From the NCBI GenBank assembly GCA_963823665.1, contig CAWGMQ010000008.1:1440001-1504000 (forward strand): a DNA stretch of 64,000 nt, written 5' to 3'. This document shows positions 22,087-31,414 of this stretch, piece after piece; within the stretch, counting starts at the first letter, position 1; every line of letters begins with the position of its first letter. The DNA is from an uncultured Planctomycetota bacterium. GTDB lineage: Bacteria > Planctomycetota > Planctomycetia > Isosphaerales > Isosphaeraceae. Made by a program: the position numbers and the translations under genes. Under the pieces are notes generated by a model. That model was not told the origin of the DNA. It ran no database searches and saw only the letters and a program-made list of their open reading frames with translations.

Positions 22087-22250
22087 AAGACCCGCAGACG
22101 CCGCGCCCGCGGCGCCCCGTGACGACCAAGAACGCAATCGAAATGTACGCTCTCATTCGTGAGATTGGTAAGATTCGTGGTCAAGCGTCCCCGGCCTTGT
22201 CGAACGACAGCGTCGCCACGCTTTGCACGCTCCAAATAAGTAGAAGTGGA

Positions 22251-22278
22251 TGGGACGAAATGGGACGAAATGGGACGA
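22251..22278. repeat. Short tandem repeat TGGGACGAAA x2.8
   Basis: TGGGACGAAA TGGGACGAAA TGGGACGA. Confidence 0.8.
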
Positions 22279-23274
22279 TTCAGCCCAAGAAAGTCTGTTT
22301 TTTCTCGCTCTCTTGAACCCCTCCGATGGCTATCCGGAACGCCTTGAAGCCGTACGGAAATACTGAGGACCAAAGAAGATAACACCACGAGGCCCGCTCC
22401 GTGCTCCCTCGCCCTGACGGGTGAAAACTCACCCCGGCCGTGGTCCGGACCTGTCCCACTCGCGGCCGAGCCCAAAACTCGGCGACATTTCGCCGCGTAC
22501 CGGTCCCCCTTTGCACGCGCAGTCCGGCTCCGTTCTTCCCACTGCGCAGGCGCGTCCATGCTGAGTAGACATCCTCGAGCACGCGCTCGAGCGAACGAAG
22601 GAGTCATTCCCGGTTCCAGAGAAGTGGGTGGCTCGCCCCCCGCGCCGACTCCAGTGTCGGCGATCGAGATCGACCTACATATATTATGCGACGGGTTTCC
22701 CGGATTTGGCCATTTCGCCGGCAAGAAAACCTGAATTCTTCTTCACGTCGCAACGGATAGAACGACCAACTCGATCGAAATTGCGAATTTGCGCGGGCCG
22801 CGGCCCAAAAACGGGGAAAACCCTAAGGCTTCAGCCCTCGGAGGAGGCGACAGCACGTAGCCAGGGTACGTCAGCCCCTGGAACTGGAACAATCGATTCG
22901 CCAAACCCGCGACCGGAACCCCCCGTGAGAGTGGTCAAGATAATTGACTGACCTCCGATCAGGATAATCGATGGAAATCGTGTGATTGGATGGATGTACT
23001 GAGTACCGGTGGCCTCTTCTCTTCTGTCCCGGATCATCGTTCCGTTCCCTCTTATCTCTAGGTGACGGAACGGGGAACGGACCGATGATCTCGCTCACAC
23101 TCGGGTGGCTAGAGGCGAAGGACAGCGGCCACGCCTCCACACGCCACCGGCATGATGGCCGTTGTTCCCGTTCTCATCTTCTCTGACAATTGTCATTGAA
23201 CGAACCTCGCGCTCGGGTTAGGATGGCCTAAAAGTCCGGCTGCGGATCTTGCTTCGTCCGGAGACGCCGCTATC

Positions 23275-24738
23275 ATGCCGACCCGATCCGAAAGCCGTGT
23301 CACGGTGAGCGGCAAGCCCTCGAAGGCGGTCGAATTGCTCCGCAAGCGGCTCCGCCTGAGCGTGGGCGGGATGATGATCGTCGTGCTCGGGATCGGGGGC
23401 GTGCTCGGCTGGGCCGCCCGCCGCGCCCACGAGCAGCGCGACGCCGTCGCGGCGATCACGACACCCCGCCGGAACACGCGAGGCCGCGTCTTCTACGATT
23501 GGCAATTCGTAGCTGGCAAGTTCGACAAGGCCTCCAAGCCGCGAGGGCCGAGCTGGCTGCGTGAGGCACTCGGCCCCGACCTGTTCGACACGGTGGTCGG
23601 AGTCACGATTGAAGGCGACAACGTGGACGATGAATTCGTGGTGAACGTCGGCAAGCTCCACGGCGTCGAGATGGTCGACGTCGTGGGGCACGCCGCCCCT
23701 GACCTGACGCCCGCCGCGATGGCCCAACTCTGCACCCTGACTCGCCTGAAAAAACTGAACACTCGGGGGGTCGCGATTCCTCGCGGGTTCGTGACCGGCC
23801 TGGCGGGAAGGACCGGGCTGCGCAGCCTCTGGTTGCCGCAGGCGGCCGTCACGGACGACGAGATGGCGATCATCGGCTCCTTTACCGACCTGGAATTCCT
23901 GCAACTGGACGGAAGCAACGTCACCGACCAGGGCTTCGCCCATGTGGCGAACCTGAAGAAGCTGACCATCCTGGACATGCCGGGTGTCCGCATCACGGAC
24001 CTCGCTCCGGTCGCAGATCTCGTGCAACTCGATCTCCTCTTCCTCGCCCCGGGTAGGGCCACTCCCGCGCGGTCCGTCCCCGGCCCCGGCGGCCCGTCGA
24101 GCCTGGGGCCACTCCGCCGCCTGACGAAAGTCACGCAGCTCACCCTGGGGACTACGCGGATCGAGGATCGAGAATTGGCGGTCGTCGCCGGGCTCCCCAA
24201 GCTCTACAACTTCATGATCGGAGGGAGGGGGATCACGGAGGCCGGTTTGGCCCGGATCGCCGAATCCAAGAGCCTGGCTTGCCTCAGGCTCGCCGACACG
24301 TCGATCGCGGACTTGCGGCCTCTCTCCCCGCGCCTCCATGCGATCTCGACCCTCTGGATGGAGAACTCCCATCTCACCGACGCCGGGATCGAGCCCCTGT
24401 CGAGGGAGATTCGACTCACGGACTTGACCATCGCGGGTTCGAGGATGACCGACGCGGGACTCAATCACCTCGCCTCGCTGACTTCCCTCTCGAGGTTAAG
24501 GCTCGATCGGTCCGCGATCACGGATGCGGGGCTCGCCCGCCTGAAGTCTCTCAAGTTACTGGAAACCTTGTCGCTGACCGAGACCAAGCTGACGGATTCC
24601 TCAGTCGAGACGCTGGCGGGATTCCAGTCCCTCAAAAGCCTCAACCTCGACGGGTCGGGGATCAGCCCGGCGGGTATCGAGCGACTGAAGCAGGCCCTCC
24701 CGAAAGCTCGGATCTCGTCGGCCAGGATGCCCGAGTGA
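23275..24738 (+). CDS. Membrane-anchored leucine-rich repeat protein
   Basis: RLRLSVGGMMIVVL N-terminal TM; repeated LxxLxLxxxxVTDxGLxxL units. Confidence 0.9.
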   Translation: MPTRSESRVTVSGKPSKAVELLRKRLRLSVGGMMIVVLGIGGVLGWAARRAHEQRDAVAAITTPRRNTRGRVFYDWQFVAGKFDKASKPRGPSWLREALGPDLFDTVVGVTIEGDNVDDEFVVNVGKLHGVEMVDVVGHAAPDLTPAAMAQLCTLTRLKKLNTRGVAIPRGFVTGLAGRTGLRSLWLPQAAVTDDEMAIIGSFTDLEFLQLDGSNVTDQGFAHVANLKKLTILDMPGVRITDLAPVADLVQLDLLFLAPGRATPARSVPGPGGPSSLGPLRRLTKVTQLTLGTTRIEDRELAVVAGLPKLYNFMIGGRGITEAGLARIAESKSLACLRLADTSIADLRPLSPRLHAISTLWMENSHLTDAGIEPLSREIRLTDLTIAGSRMTDAGLNHLASLTSLSRLRLDRSAITDAGLARLKSLKLLETLSLTETKLTDSSVETLAGFQSLKSLNLDGSGISPAGIERLKQALPKARISSARMPE

Positions 24739-25481
24739 TCGAATGACGGTCGGCGGCAGGGCCAGCTCGCCCGGCGTGGTGGGTCGCCTCCTCCGAGCCC
24801 GCCGGCCCGCCCGCGTGGGTTCGCCGGCGGTAGTCGGCCCGTGTCGAGGCAATGGGGTATGAGAGGCGGTGCCGGACGGCCCGACGGCAGGGTGCGTTTT
24901 TCGGGGCAGGAAGCGCACCGCTGAACGAGCGAATAGGATTCTTTCCCTCTTGGGGTCTTCGCGCGAGCCGACGAACCGTGAGCCGCGTTGCGCGCGTCGG
25001 TCCGACGACACCGAAGCAGTTTCTACGAAGAATCAGCCGTGCCCTCACTTGGCAGTTCATGAACATCCCGACGGCACCTTGGAGATGGGGCGACTGAAAT
25101 GGGTGCCGCGATTCGCCTCCCCTTGGTCGGAGACCATACCCGAGGAACGGAGACGGCTGAACCGCTCACCACCACCCCGGCGCTGTGGGCTGCACGTCTC
25201 AGTGCATTGAGCGAGCGTTCCGTTCCCTGACACTCTATGAGGAACGGGGAAGGACTTGGCGAGGCCCCTCTGTTTCCAGGCCGCCGCTCACTGCGCAGGG
25301 TCGAACGCCTCGGTATGAGCCGTTCCAGCAGGGTCCGTGCCGCAGGCACTAGGTCGACCCCGGTCAGGGGGTTCCCAAGCTTTTTTCGTGGTCTTCGACA
25401 GCGTACGATCTCCTGCTGTGTCGATGAACCCCGCTGATCAAGAGCGGACACGACGCATCCTCTGCGGGTGGTCGTTGACCA

Positions 25482-26062
25482 TCACGTTATCTCGATCAGC
25501 CGACGGCCTGGGACGGTAAGCGGCGACAGGAATCGCAAGAGATACGCCCAGTCCTGGCAGGGGTCTTTGCTGCGATGGACTGCTTCCAGAAGCGACAGAG
25601 GTAGAACGAGGACGTCGACGACTGGCACGACGCGAGCTCGTGCAAGTTTCCAGAAAGGCGTCTTCGGAACGTAGTCGCGCCAGAAGCCCTGCCATCGCGC
25701 GATAGTCGCTCGGTCAACACCAAACAGGGTCGAAAGGTCGCGGACTCGGCGCGGCGTTGGACCTTGCCGCATGGCGCTGACCAAGATCACCACGGCACCA
25801 AGGTAGACCTTTCTGCCGAGAAAACGGACCGATGGCGGCGGCGTCCTCTTTCTGCAGCCATCGCGATCACAGCAGAAGCTGAACCGCGCGCGATACTCCT
25901 CCGGCAGATGATCCGGCCCGCCCCTCGGTACCCGCGGGTAGTTGGCAGATTGCAGGCGACCACCGCACGAGGATCCATTCTGCCGAGTAGAATCGGCCAG
26001 GTCCTTGTCGATCGACAAAAGGAACGACCAGAAACTCCCACTTCAATGCAACTCATGCCCTA
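25482..26062 (-). pseudogene. Degraded zinc-binding/HTH accessory gene typical of DDE-transposase + ExeA-ATPase elements
   Basis: FSFCCDRDGCRKR.PPSVRFLGRKVY and GVDRATIARW HTH; in-frame TGA near the 5' end (HELH*SGSFWSFLLSIDKDL). Confidence 0.6.
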
Positions 26063-26099
26063 TCACGGTCTGCTCCTTGGACTGAGAACAGTGAAAGAG

Positions 26100-26163
26100 G
26101 ACACGCCATGCCAAGGCTCTCACTTGATCACGCCAACTGATAGTGGTTCTCGCCAAAACCTCA
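26100..26163 (-). mobile_element. Putative transposon end (5'-TG... with three TTGGCR repeats)
   Basis: Minus strand reads TGAGGTTTTGGCGAGAACCACTATCAGTTGGCGTGATCAAGTGAGAGCCTTGGCATGG; repeats spaced 20 and 22 nt. Confidence 0.45.
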
Positions 26164-26200
26164 AATAAGTTGATCAGAATCCGCGGATTTCGCATCGATT

Positions 26201-27004
26201 ATGTTGACCACGCTCACGAGAGGGAAGCGATTTACAAAGGCGGATCTATCGCGAATCGCATCGCTCGATGAGCACGCTCGCAAGCCGGGCCTGAAGGAGG
26301 TTCTTGCCAGCTCATTTGAAGGCGCAAGCCTCCTGGAGGCACTCTTCGAGATGGAGGCGTCCTTACGCGCTGGGTTGCGCGACCTCGTGCCAGATTTGAT
26401 CGTCGGCCCACGTGCTACCGCGCTGCTGGCTTTTCTGGGGGAACCCGACGATTTGGCCTGGCTCGTTGAGCGAGCTAGCGCCGTGGAGAACTCGATAACA
26501 GAGCGCGGAGTGGCTGGGATGGTCGTAGGGGCGATCTTGCAGCCGCGATCCGAGAAGGAATGGCTATTTATCGAACGGTGCGCACGAGGTGAATACGGCG
26601 ATGGCGACGTTCCAACAGGCGCGACCCGGACATGCGCGGTCGCAACACTCTGCTTGATCGGGTCAGCCAGAAGCCGTCGGACTCTTGAGCAACTAGACAT
26701 GGCCCATCTAGACCCGGCCCATAAGGAAACCTTCGCCGCGGCGACAGCCGCTGTTCGTTTTTTTCAAGCAGACTCAAAGGTCCTGTCGGATCGCGACCTC
26801 AATCTGCTGGCCAGCCGGTTGACTACCCACGTCAATACACTTCGCGGAATGCCAAACGACGGTCCCTACTTCAACAAGAAACGAGACAAAGCCTACATTT
26901 TCATCGATTCCCTCATTTGGTGCGACGTGAAGGGCAGCGCAACGTTTCGTCAGGTAGGCGGCATCTGGAAGCTAAGCGGACTATTTCTGGAGGCTCCAGA
27001 ATGA
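26201..27004 (+). CDS. Hypothetical protein
   Basis: 267-aa ORF with protein-like composition; no motif recognised. Confidence 0.55.
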   Translation: MLTTLTRGKRFTKADLSRIASLDEHARKPGLKEVLASSFEGASLLEALFEMEASLRAGLRDLVPDLIVGPRATALLAFLGEPDDLAWLVERASAVENSITERGVAGMVVGAILQPRSEKEWLFIERCARGEYGDGDVPTGATRTCAVATLCLIGSARSRRTLEQLDMAHLDPAHKETFAAATAAVRFFQADSKVLSDRDLNLLASRLTTHVNTLRGMPNDGPYFNKKRDKAYIFIDSLIWCDVKGSATFRQVGGIWKLSGLFLEAPE

Positions 27005-27267
27005 GTACCTTCGCCTAACCAGCCATTCGTCGGCCACAGGTCGCGCCCCTGTACCCGTTTTGGGCGGGAAACCGGGGAGTGGAACTCGGTCGCGATTGGC
27101 AGGAGATGTTGTCATGCCAAGAACAAGTACAGTAGCACGTGCTTCGCACGGACGCCGATTTCGAGCCGTTCGAGCACGTCATGGTTGAGACGCATCGGCG
27201 ACAACCACTCCGTCCCTTCGTGCAAGATCACATGCAAAACCATCCACGTCCCTGTTTCCGTCCTATA

Positions 27268-27931
27268 TCCATCTAAAAATACCGCCGTACCCGACGGCAA
27301 TACTCCGCGTATTCCTGCCTGTAGCGCTCCTTCAAATACGCCTCTTCGCGCAAGACCTGACGGTGAAACAGCCATACGCCCGCACCGGCATAAACCAACA
27401 GCATCCAGTTCGAGAAGATCAGGAATTGCCCGATCAAAATCAGCCCGAACACCACATAAATGGGATTGCGGCTCAGCGCAAAGATGCCGCCCGTGATCAG
27501 TTTATCGGGCCCGTCTGTGTCGATGCCGATACGAAAGCTCCGCCCGAATGAGACGAGACTCCACAGCAACAGCAACAGCCCCGCCAGGCAGAAGGCCACC
27601 CCCGCCCACGAGACGACCGCCGAATGGAAAAACTCCTGCGTGCTGACCGTAGCCCACCCGAATGCCGCGGCGAACACAAGATAAAAGTAAAAGAACGCAA
27701 ATGGCGGAATCAAGAAATCGGTATTATCCAGAGCACCGAATTTCATGGCATTGATCCCGCTCCTTTTCAGCAGGAAAGCCCGGGTCAATACCATCCCAAG
27801 CATCAGTAACAGGGTCAGTGCTGCGAAGTATTTCTGCATGAGCTTCCTGAAGCGTCGTCCCCCCCAGCCGACTGGTGGCGCCTCCGTCCCCCGTGCCGTC
27901 GGTGGTTCGCGGAACGTAGAGTGCGTGAAAC
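27268..27931. repeat. Direct repeat copy 1 (~660 bp; pairs with 29993-30651)
   Basis: Aligned by eye at offset 2725; 27379-27722 appears identical to 30104-30447. Confidence 0.95.
27273..27839 (-). CDS. Isoprenylcysteine carboxyl methyltransferase (ICMT/PEMT) family membrane protein, copy 1
   Basis: Multi-TM; LITGGIFALSRNPIY, REEAYL...YAEYCRRVRRY. Confidence 0.88.
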   Translation of the reverse strand: MQKYFAALTLLLMLGMVLTRAFLLKRSGINAMKFGALDNTDFLIPPFAFFYFYLVFAAAFGWATVSTQEFFHSAVVSWAGVAFCLAGLLLLLWSLVSFGRSFRIGIDTDGPDKLITGGIFALSRNPIYVVFGLILIGQFLIFSNWMLLVYAGAGVWLFHRQVLREEAYLKERYRQEYAEYCRRVRRYF

Positions 27932-28394
27932 CCACCGCCACTAAAGCTCGATCCGACGCTTTGGAAACCACGCTCATGCCGGCGCCGCCGTGCGCGGCTG
28001 GAAGCAAGCAATCTAACGCACCGCCCCGCCGCACACAACCGGATGTCGCGCACGGCCGGCACGATGCTGTGGTGCGTGCACCCCTGGACTCGCTCGACTC
28101 GCTCCCGGCCCACAATCTTGTTGAAATCAGCCAAACACCCGCGGATCATGATGCTGCGACCGACGCTCGTCATGCACAAACGCCTTGATCTTCTCGACGC
28201 GATCGAGGATCGTCAGGGTAGCCGTCCTGACACGCTCACTGCCGCTCATGAGTACGCGGCGAAACCGAAACCATCGGGGACCGGCTTCGCCTACCGTCCG
28301 ACGCCTTTCTGGCTTGACGGCCGTCTTCTTGTTCTCCCGTGCACCCGCCGATTCTGCTGGCAAGCCAGGAACTTGGGCGCTAAAGCGAATGCGA

Positions 28395-29264
28395 ATGCCA
28401 AAACGAAAGCGAGACTTGCGGAGAACGGTAATTTGGGTCGACGATGACGCGCTCTATCTGCGTTACCATGCGGATTTGCTCCGCGACTATACAGGTTGGA
28501 ACATACTTGCTACGAACACATGCGAGCATGCGCTGGCGTTGCTCTCTTCTCGGAATCCGCAAGTTTCCGCCGCCATTATCGACGTCATGATCGCGAACGT
28601 CGCCCCGCTCGATCCGTTGAGCGCAAAAGGAGGATTTGCAGCAGGCATCGCCCTCGCACGGCGAATCCGCGAAATCAGTCCAAAGCTCCCCATTCTGGCC
28701 GTGAGCCTGTTGCAAGAGGCTTCCGCCTGGTTCCGCGAGAACTCGAGGATGTCCTTTCTATCCAAGGGCTCATCCGTTGTTGACATCGCCAAAGAATTGA
28801 CCATGTTGTGGGGGAGAAAACGCGCGACGATTCCATTCTCACTCTTCATCGTTCACGGACATGATGATCTGGCAAAGCTTGAGTTGAAGAACTACCTCCA
28901 GAACGTTCTCAAGCTGGGCGAGCCCGTCATCCTGCACGAACAACCCGATATGGGCCGCACCGTTCTGGAGAAATTCGAAGACTATGCTGCCGCTGCGAAC
29001 CTGGTATTCGTGCTCCTGACGCCTGATGACAGCGCTGCCGCCGCGGACAGCGCCGAGAGTAAAAGGCGCGCCCGCCAGAACGTGATCTTCGAGATGGGCT
29101 ATTTTCTCGCGAAGCTGGGCAGGAAAGCCGGTAAGGTCCTACTTCTTTACAAGGGACCCCTTGAGCTTCCGTCGGACATCTCTGGGCTGATCTACATCGA
29201 TATCAGTGCAGGTATTCCAGCGGCTGGGGAATCATTACGTCGTGAGATCTTCTCGTCTTCGTGA
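28395..29264 (+). CDS. Receiver (REC) domain fused to CAP12/Pycsar-type TIR domain
   Basis: REC: WVDDD, IIDVM, AVSL, FLSKG. TIR: FIVHGHD, ILHEQPDMGRTVLEKFE, VLLTPDD, RARQNVIFEMGYF, ELPSDISG. Confidence 0.88.
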   Translation: MPKRKRDLRRTVIWVDDDALYLRYHADLLRDYTGWNILATNTCEHALALLSSRNPQVSAAIIDVMIANVAPLDPLSAKGGFAAGIALARRIREISPKLPILAVSLLQEASAWFRENSRMSFLSKGSSVVDIAKELTMLWGRKRATIPFSLFIVHGHDDLAKLELKNYLQNVLKLGEPVILHEQPDMGRTVLEKFEDYAAAANLVFVLLTPDDSAAAADSAESKRRARQNVIFEMGYFLAKLGRKAGKVLLLYKGPLELPSDISGLIYIDISAGIPAAGESLRREIFSSS

Positions 29265-29285
29265 CAAGATCTTCAGGAGAAGCCG

Positions 29286-29669
29286 ATGAATTCGCCGGGC
29301 GGTCGTCCAGATGAAACGTCTCTTGTCCACTCCGTTGAAGCTGAGGTCCGCGTGGGCAACGAGCAGGGCCTTCACACTCGGCCATGCTACGCCCTCGGCA
29401 TGATTGCCGGCCAGTTTCAATCGGACATATCCATCGTGCTCTCAAATGGGGCCGACCGTGCATACGACGCGAAGTCGATGCTCGATTGGGCTAGCATGGC
29501 CTTGGAATTTGGCTCGTATCTCACCATTCGGGCTGTTGGAAGCGATGCAGCACGAGCGGTCGCCACGATCAAAGAAGCCGTCGAATGCGGCGATCATGAG
29601 GAAATGTACAAGTTATACGATCGACTTGCGAGGGAAAACCTGTGGCTTCCTCTCAAAGAGCGCTGGTGA
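29286..29669 (+). CDS. HPr-family phosphocarrier with C-terminal extension
   Basis: NEQGLHTRP (His15 motif), DAKSML (Ser46 motif), G.DA..A..I; AGGAG upstream; 21 nt after the REC-TIR stop. Confidence 0.85.
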   Translation: MNSPGGRPDETSLVHSVEAEVRVGNEQGLHTRPCYALGMIAGQFQSDISIVLSNGADRAYDAKSMLDWASMALEFGSYLTIRAVGSDAARAVATIKEAVECGDHEEMYKLYDRLARENLWLPLKERW

Positions 29670-29807
29670 CGTGGCTAAGTGCCTTGCCTCCTTTCACAAG
29701 TAATCGGCCGGTTCAGCGCGAAGCTCAGCCTTTATCCTCCACTCCTTGTGTTCAGAACCAGCCCCCCGCACGACGAGCCCGCTTCCGCTACGATTTCACA
29801 ACTCTTC

Positions 29808-29837
29808 CTTCGTTACCTTCGTGACCTTCTGTTCAAA
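29808..29837. repeat. Short 9-nt tandem motif (CTTCGTTAC CTTCGTGAC CTTCTGTTC), REP-like
   Basis: Three 9-nt CTTC-initiated units read directly. Confidence 0.5.
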
Positions 29838-29992
29838 ACCCACAAATTTGGCGTTCACCGCTGCCCCAAGTCCGCATGGTGGAGCGACCACAGCGTGCCC
29901 GACTGGTCGCGTGCCCTATCGCACGCTACCTGCCTTCCTGCCTTCCTAATCAAGACCCCTTACCATCGACGATCTCCAATCAATAATCCATG

Positions 29993-30651
29993 TCCATCTA
30001 AAAATACCGCCGTACCCGACGGCAATACGCCGCGTATTCCTGCCCGTAATGCGCGTTCAAATACGCCTCTTCGCGCAAGACCTGACGGTGAAACAGCCAT
30101 ACCCCCGCACCGGCATAAACCAACAGCATCCAGTTCGAGAAGATCAGGAATTGCCCGATCAAAATCAGCCCGAACACCACATAAATGGGATTGCGGCTCA
30201 GCGCAAAGATGCCGCCCGTGATCAGTTTATCGGGCCCGTCTGTGTCGATGCCGATACGAAAGCTCCGCCCGAATGAGACGAGACTCCACAGCAACAGCAA
30301 CAGCCCCGCCAGGCAGAAGGCCACCCCCGCCCACGAGACGACCGCCGAATGGAAAAACTCCTGCGTGCTGACCGTAGCCCACCCGAATGCCGCGGCGAAC
30401 ACAAGATAAAAGTAAAAGAACGCAAATGGCGGAATCAAGAAATCGGTCTTATCCAGAGCACCGAATTTCATGGCATTGATCCCGCTCCTTTTCAGCAGGA
30501 AAGCCCGGGTCAATACCATCCCAAGCATCAGCAAGATGGTCAGTGCTGCGAAATTCTTCTGCATGAGCGTCCTGAAGCGGCGTCCTCCCCAGCCGAATGC
30601 TGGCGCCTCCGCGTGCCGTCGGTGGTTCGCGGAGCATAGGGTGGGTGAAAC
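29993..30651. repeat. Direct repeat copy 2 (pairs with 27268-27931)
   Basis: See copy 1. Confidence 0.95.
29998..30564 (-). CDS. ICMT/PEMT family membrane protein, copy 2
   Basis: 188 aa, near-identical to 27273-27839. Confidence 0.88.
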   Translation of the reverse strand: MQKNFAALTILLMLGMVLTRAFLLKRSGINAMKFGALDKTDFLIPPFAFFYFYLVFAAAFGWATVSTQEFFHSAVVSWAGVAFCLAGLLLLLWSLVSFGRSFRIGIDTDGPDKLITGGIFALSRNPIYVVFGLILIGQFLIFSNWMLLVYAGAGVWLFHRQVLREEAYLNAHYGQEYAAYCRRVRRYF

Positions 30652-30762
30652 TGAAGTGCGCCCCTCGGATTAGACCACCTGAGGGCCGCCTGGTTCTCGG
30701 CTCGGGTCAACGCTCCGGTGCGGCGTGAGAGGTCGGGCCATCGATATTACTCGAAGAACAGT

Positions 30763-30946
30763 TCAGCCGCCCAAGACATCGCCGAGCCAGGCCCAGGCAT
30801 AAGTCCACTTCTGGCGAGCGAGGTAGACTGTGATGCCGAGGGAGGCCGCGATCTCCTCGTGACCCAGGCCGGCGAACTGGCGGAACTCGATCACCTTGGC
30901 CGCGACAGAGTCCTCAGTCGCGAGTCGCTTGAGGGCGTAATCGAGA
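30763..30946 (-). pseudogene. C-terminal (region 4) remnant of an ECF sigma factor
   Basis: LDYALKRLATEDSVAAKVIEFRQFAGLGHEEIAASLGI...WTYAWAWL; N-terminus replaced by a tandem repeat. Confidence 0.7.
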
Positions 30947-30988
30947 GAGACCCAAGAGACCCAAGAGACCCAGAGACCCAGACACCCA
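30947..30988. repeat. Tandem GAGACCCA(A) x5
   Basis: GAGACCCAA GAGACCCAA GAGACCCA GAGACCCA GACACCCA. Confidence 0.8.
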
Positions 30989-31414
30989 TTCTCTGCAGTC
31001 GACAGTCGGTCCCCGGGAAAGCCAGACGCACGTGGCTCGCACCGGTTTGCGTCCCGCGATCGCTGGGTGCCTCGCGGCCTCCGTGGGCGAATTTCGCCAT
31101 TGTTCTCAAGAGCTCCGGCTCCCCGCCGCGCTGCCCTCGGCAAGCGTCGGAGGGGCTGACTCGAACAGGAAGCTCGCCAGCGCTGGGCTCCTGGTCCGAG
31201 GGCCAGGATCGCCTGCGTCGTGGTGCGGACGTGCTGCCCGTCCCCCTGCCGCAGCGCTGCCGGGCACGGCGGCGGGGTTTTCGGGAAAGGCGTGGAATTC
31301 GCCGCCCGATCTAGGACAATGCGTTTTGTCTCACCAAACCTCTGAACGACCTGAGAGGCCGCACGGAAGCCAGGCGCCGCCCGCGACTCCCGACTGCTCG
31401 AAGGACGGTGACCG

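Noticed and set aside
24760..25450. Possible transposase fragment downstream of the 25482 gene
   Set aside because: No DDE or ATPase motif recognisable in the frames I read.
27014..27115. GCCTAAC after the 26201 ORF as a possible integron attC site
   Set aside because: No matching GTTRRRY with a convincing inverted structure, and no integron integrase in the window.
28185..28394. N-terminal 70-aa extension of the REC-TIR ORF from a TTG start
   Set aside because: Arg/Ser-rich and non-domain-like; ATG at 28389/28395 directly precedes the REC domain.
27268..30651. Duplicated sequence as a DGR template/variable repeat or composite-transposon IS pair
   Set aside because: Differences are not adenine-specific, no reverse transcriptase is present, and the repeats encode a membrane methyltransferase rather than a transposase.
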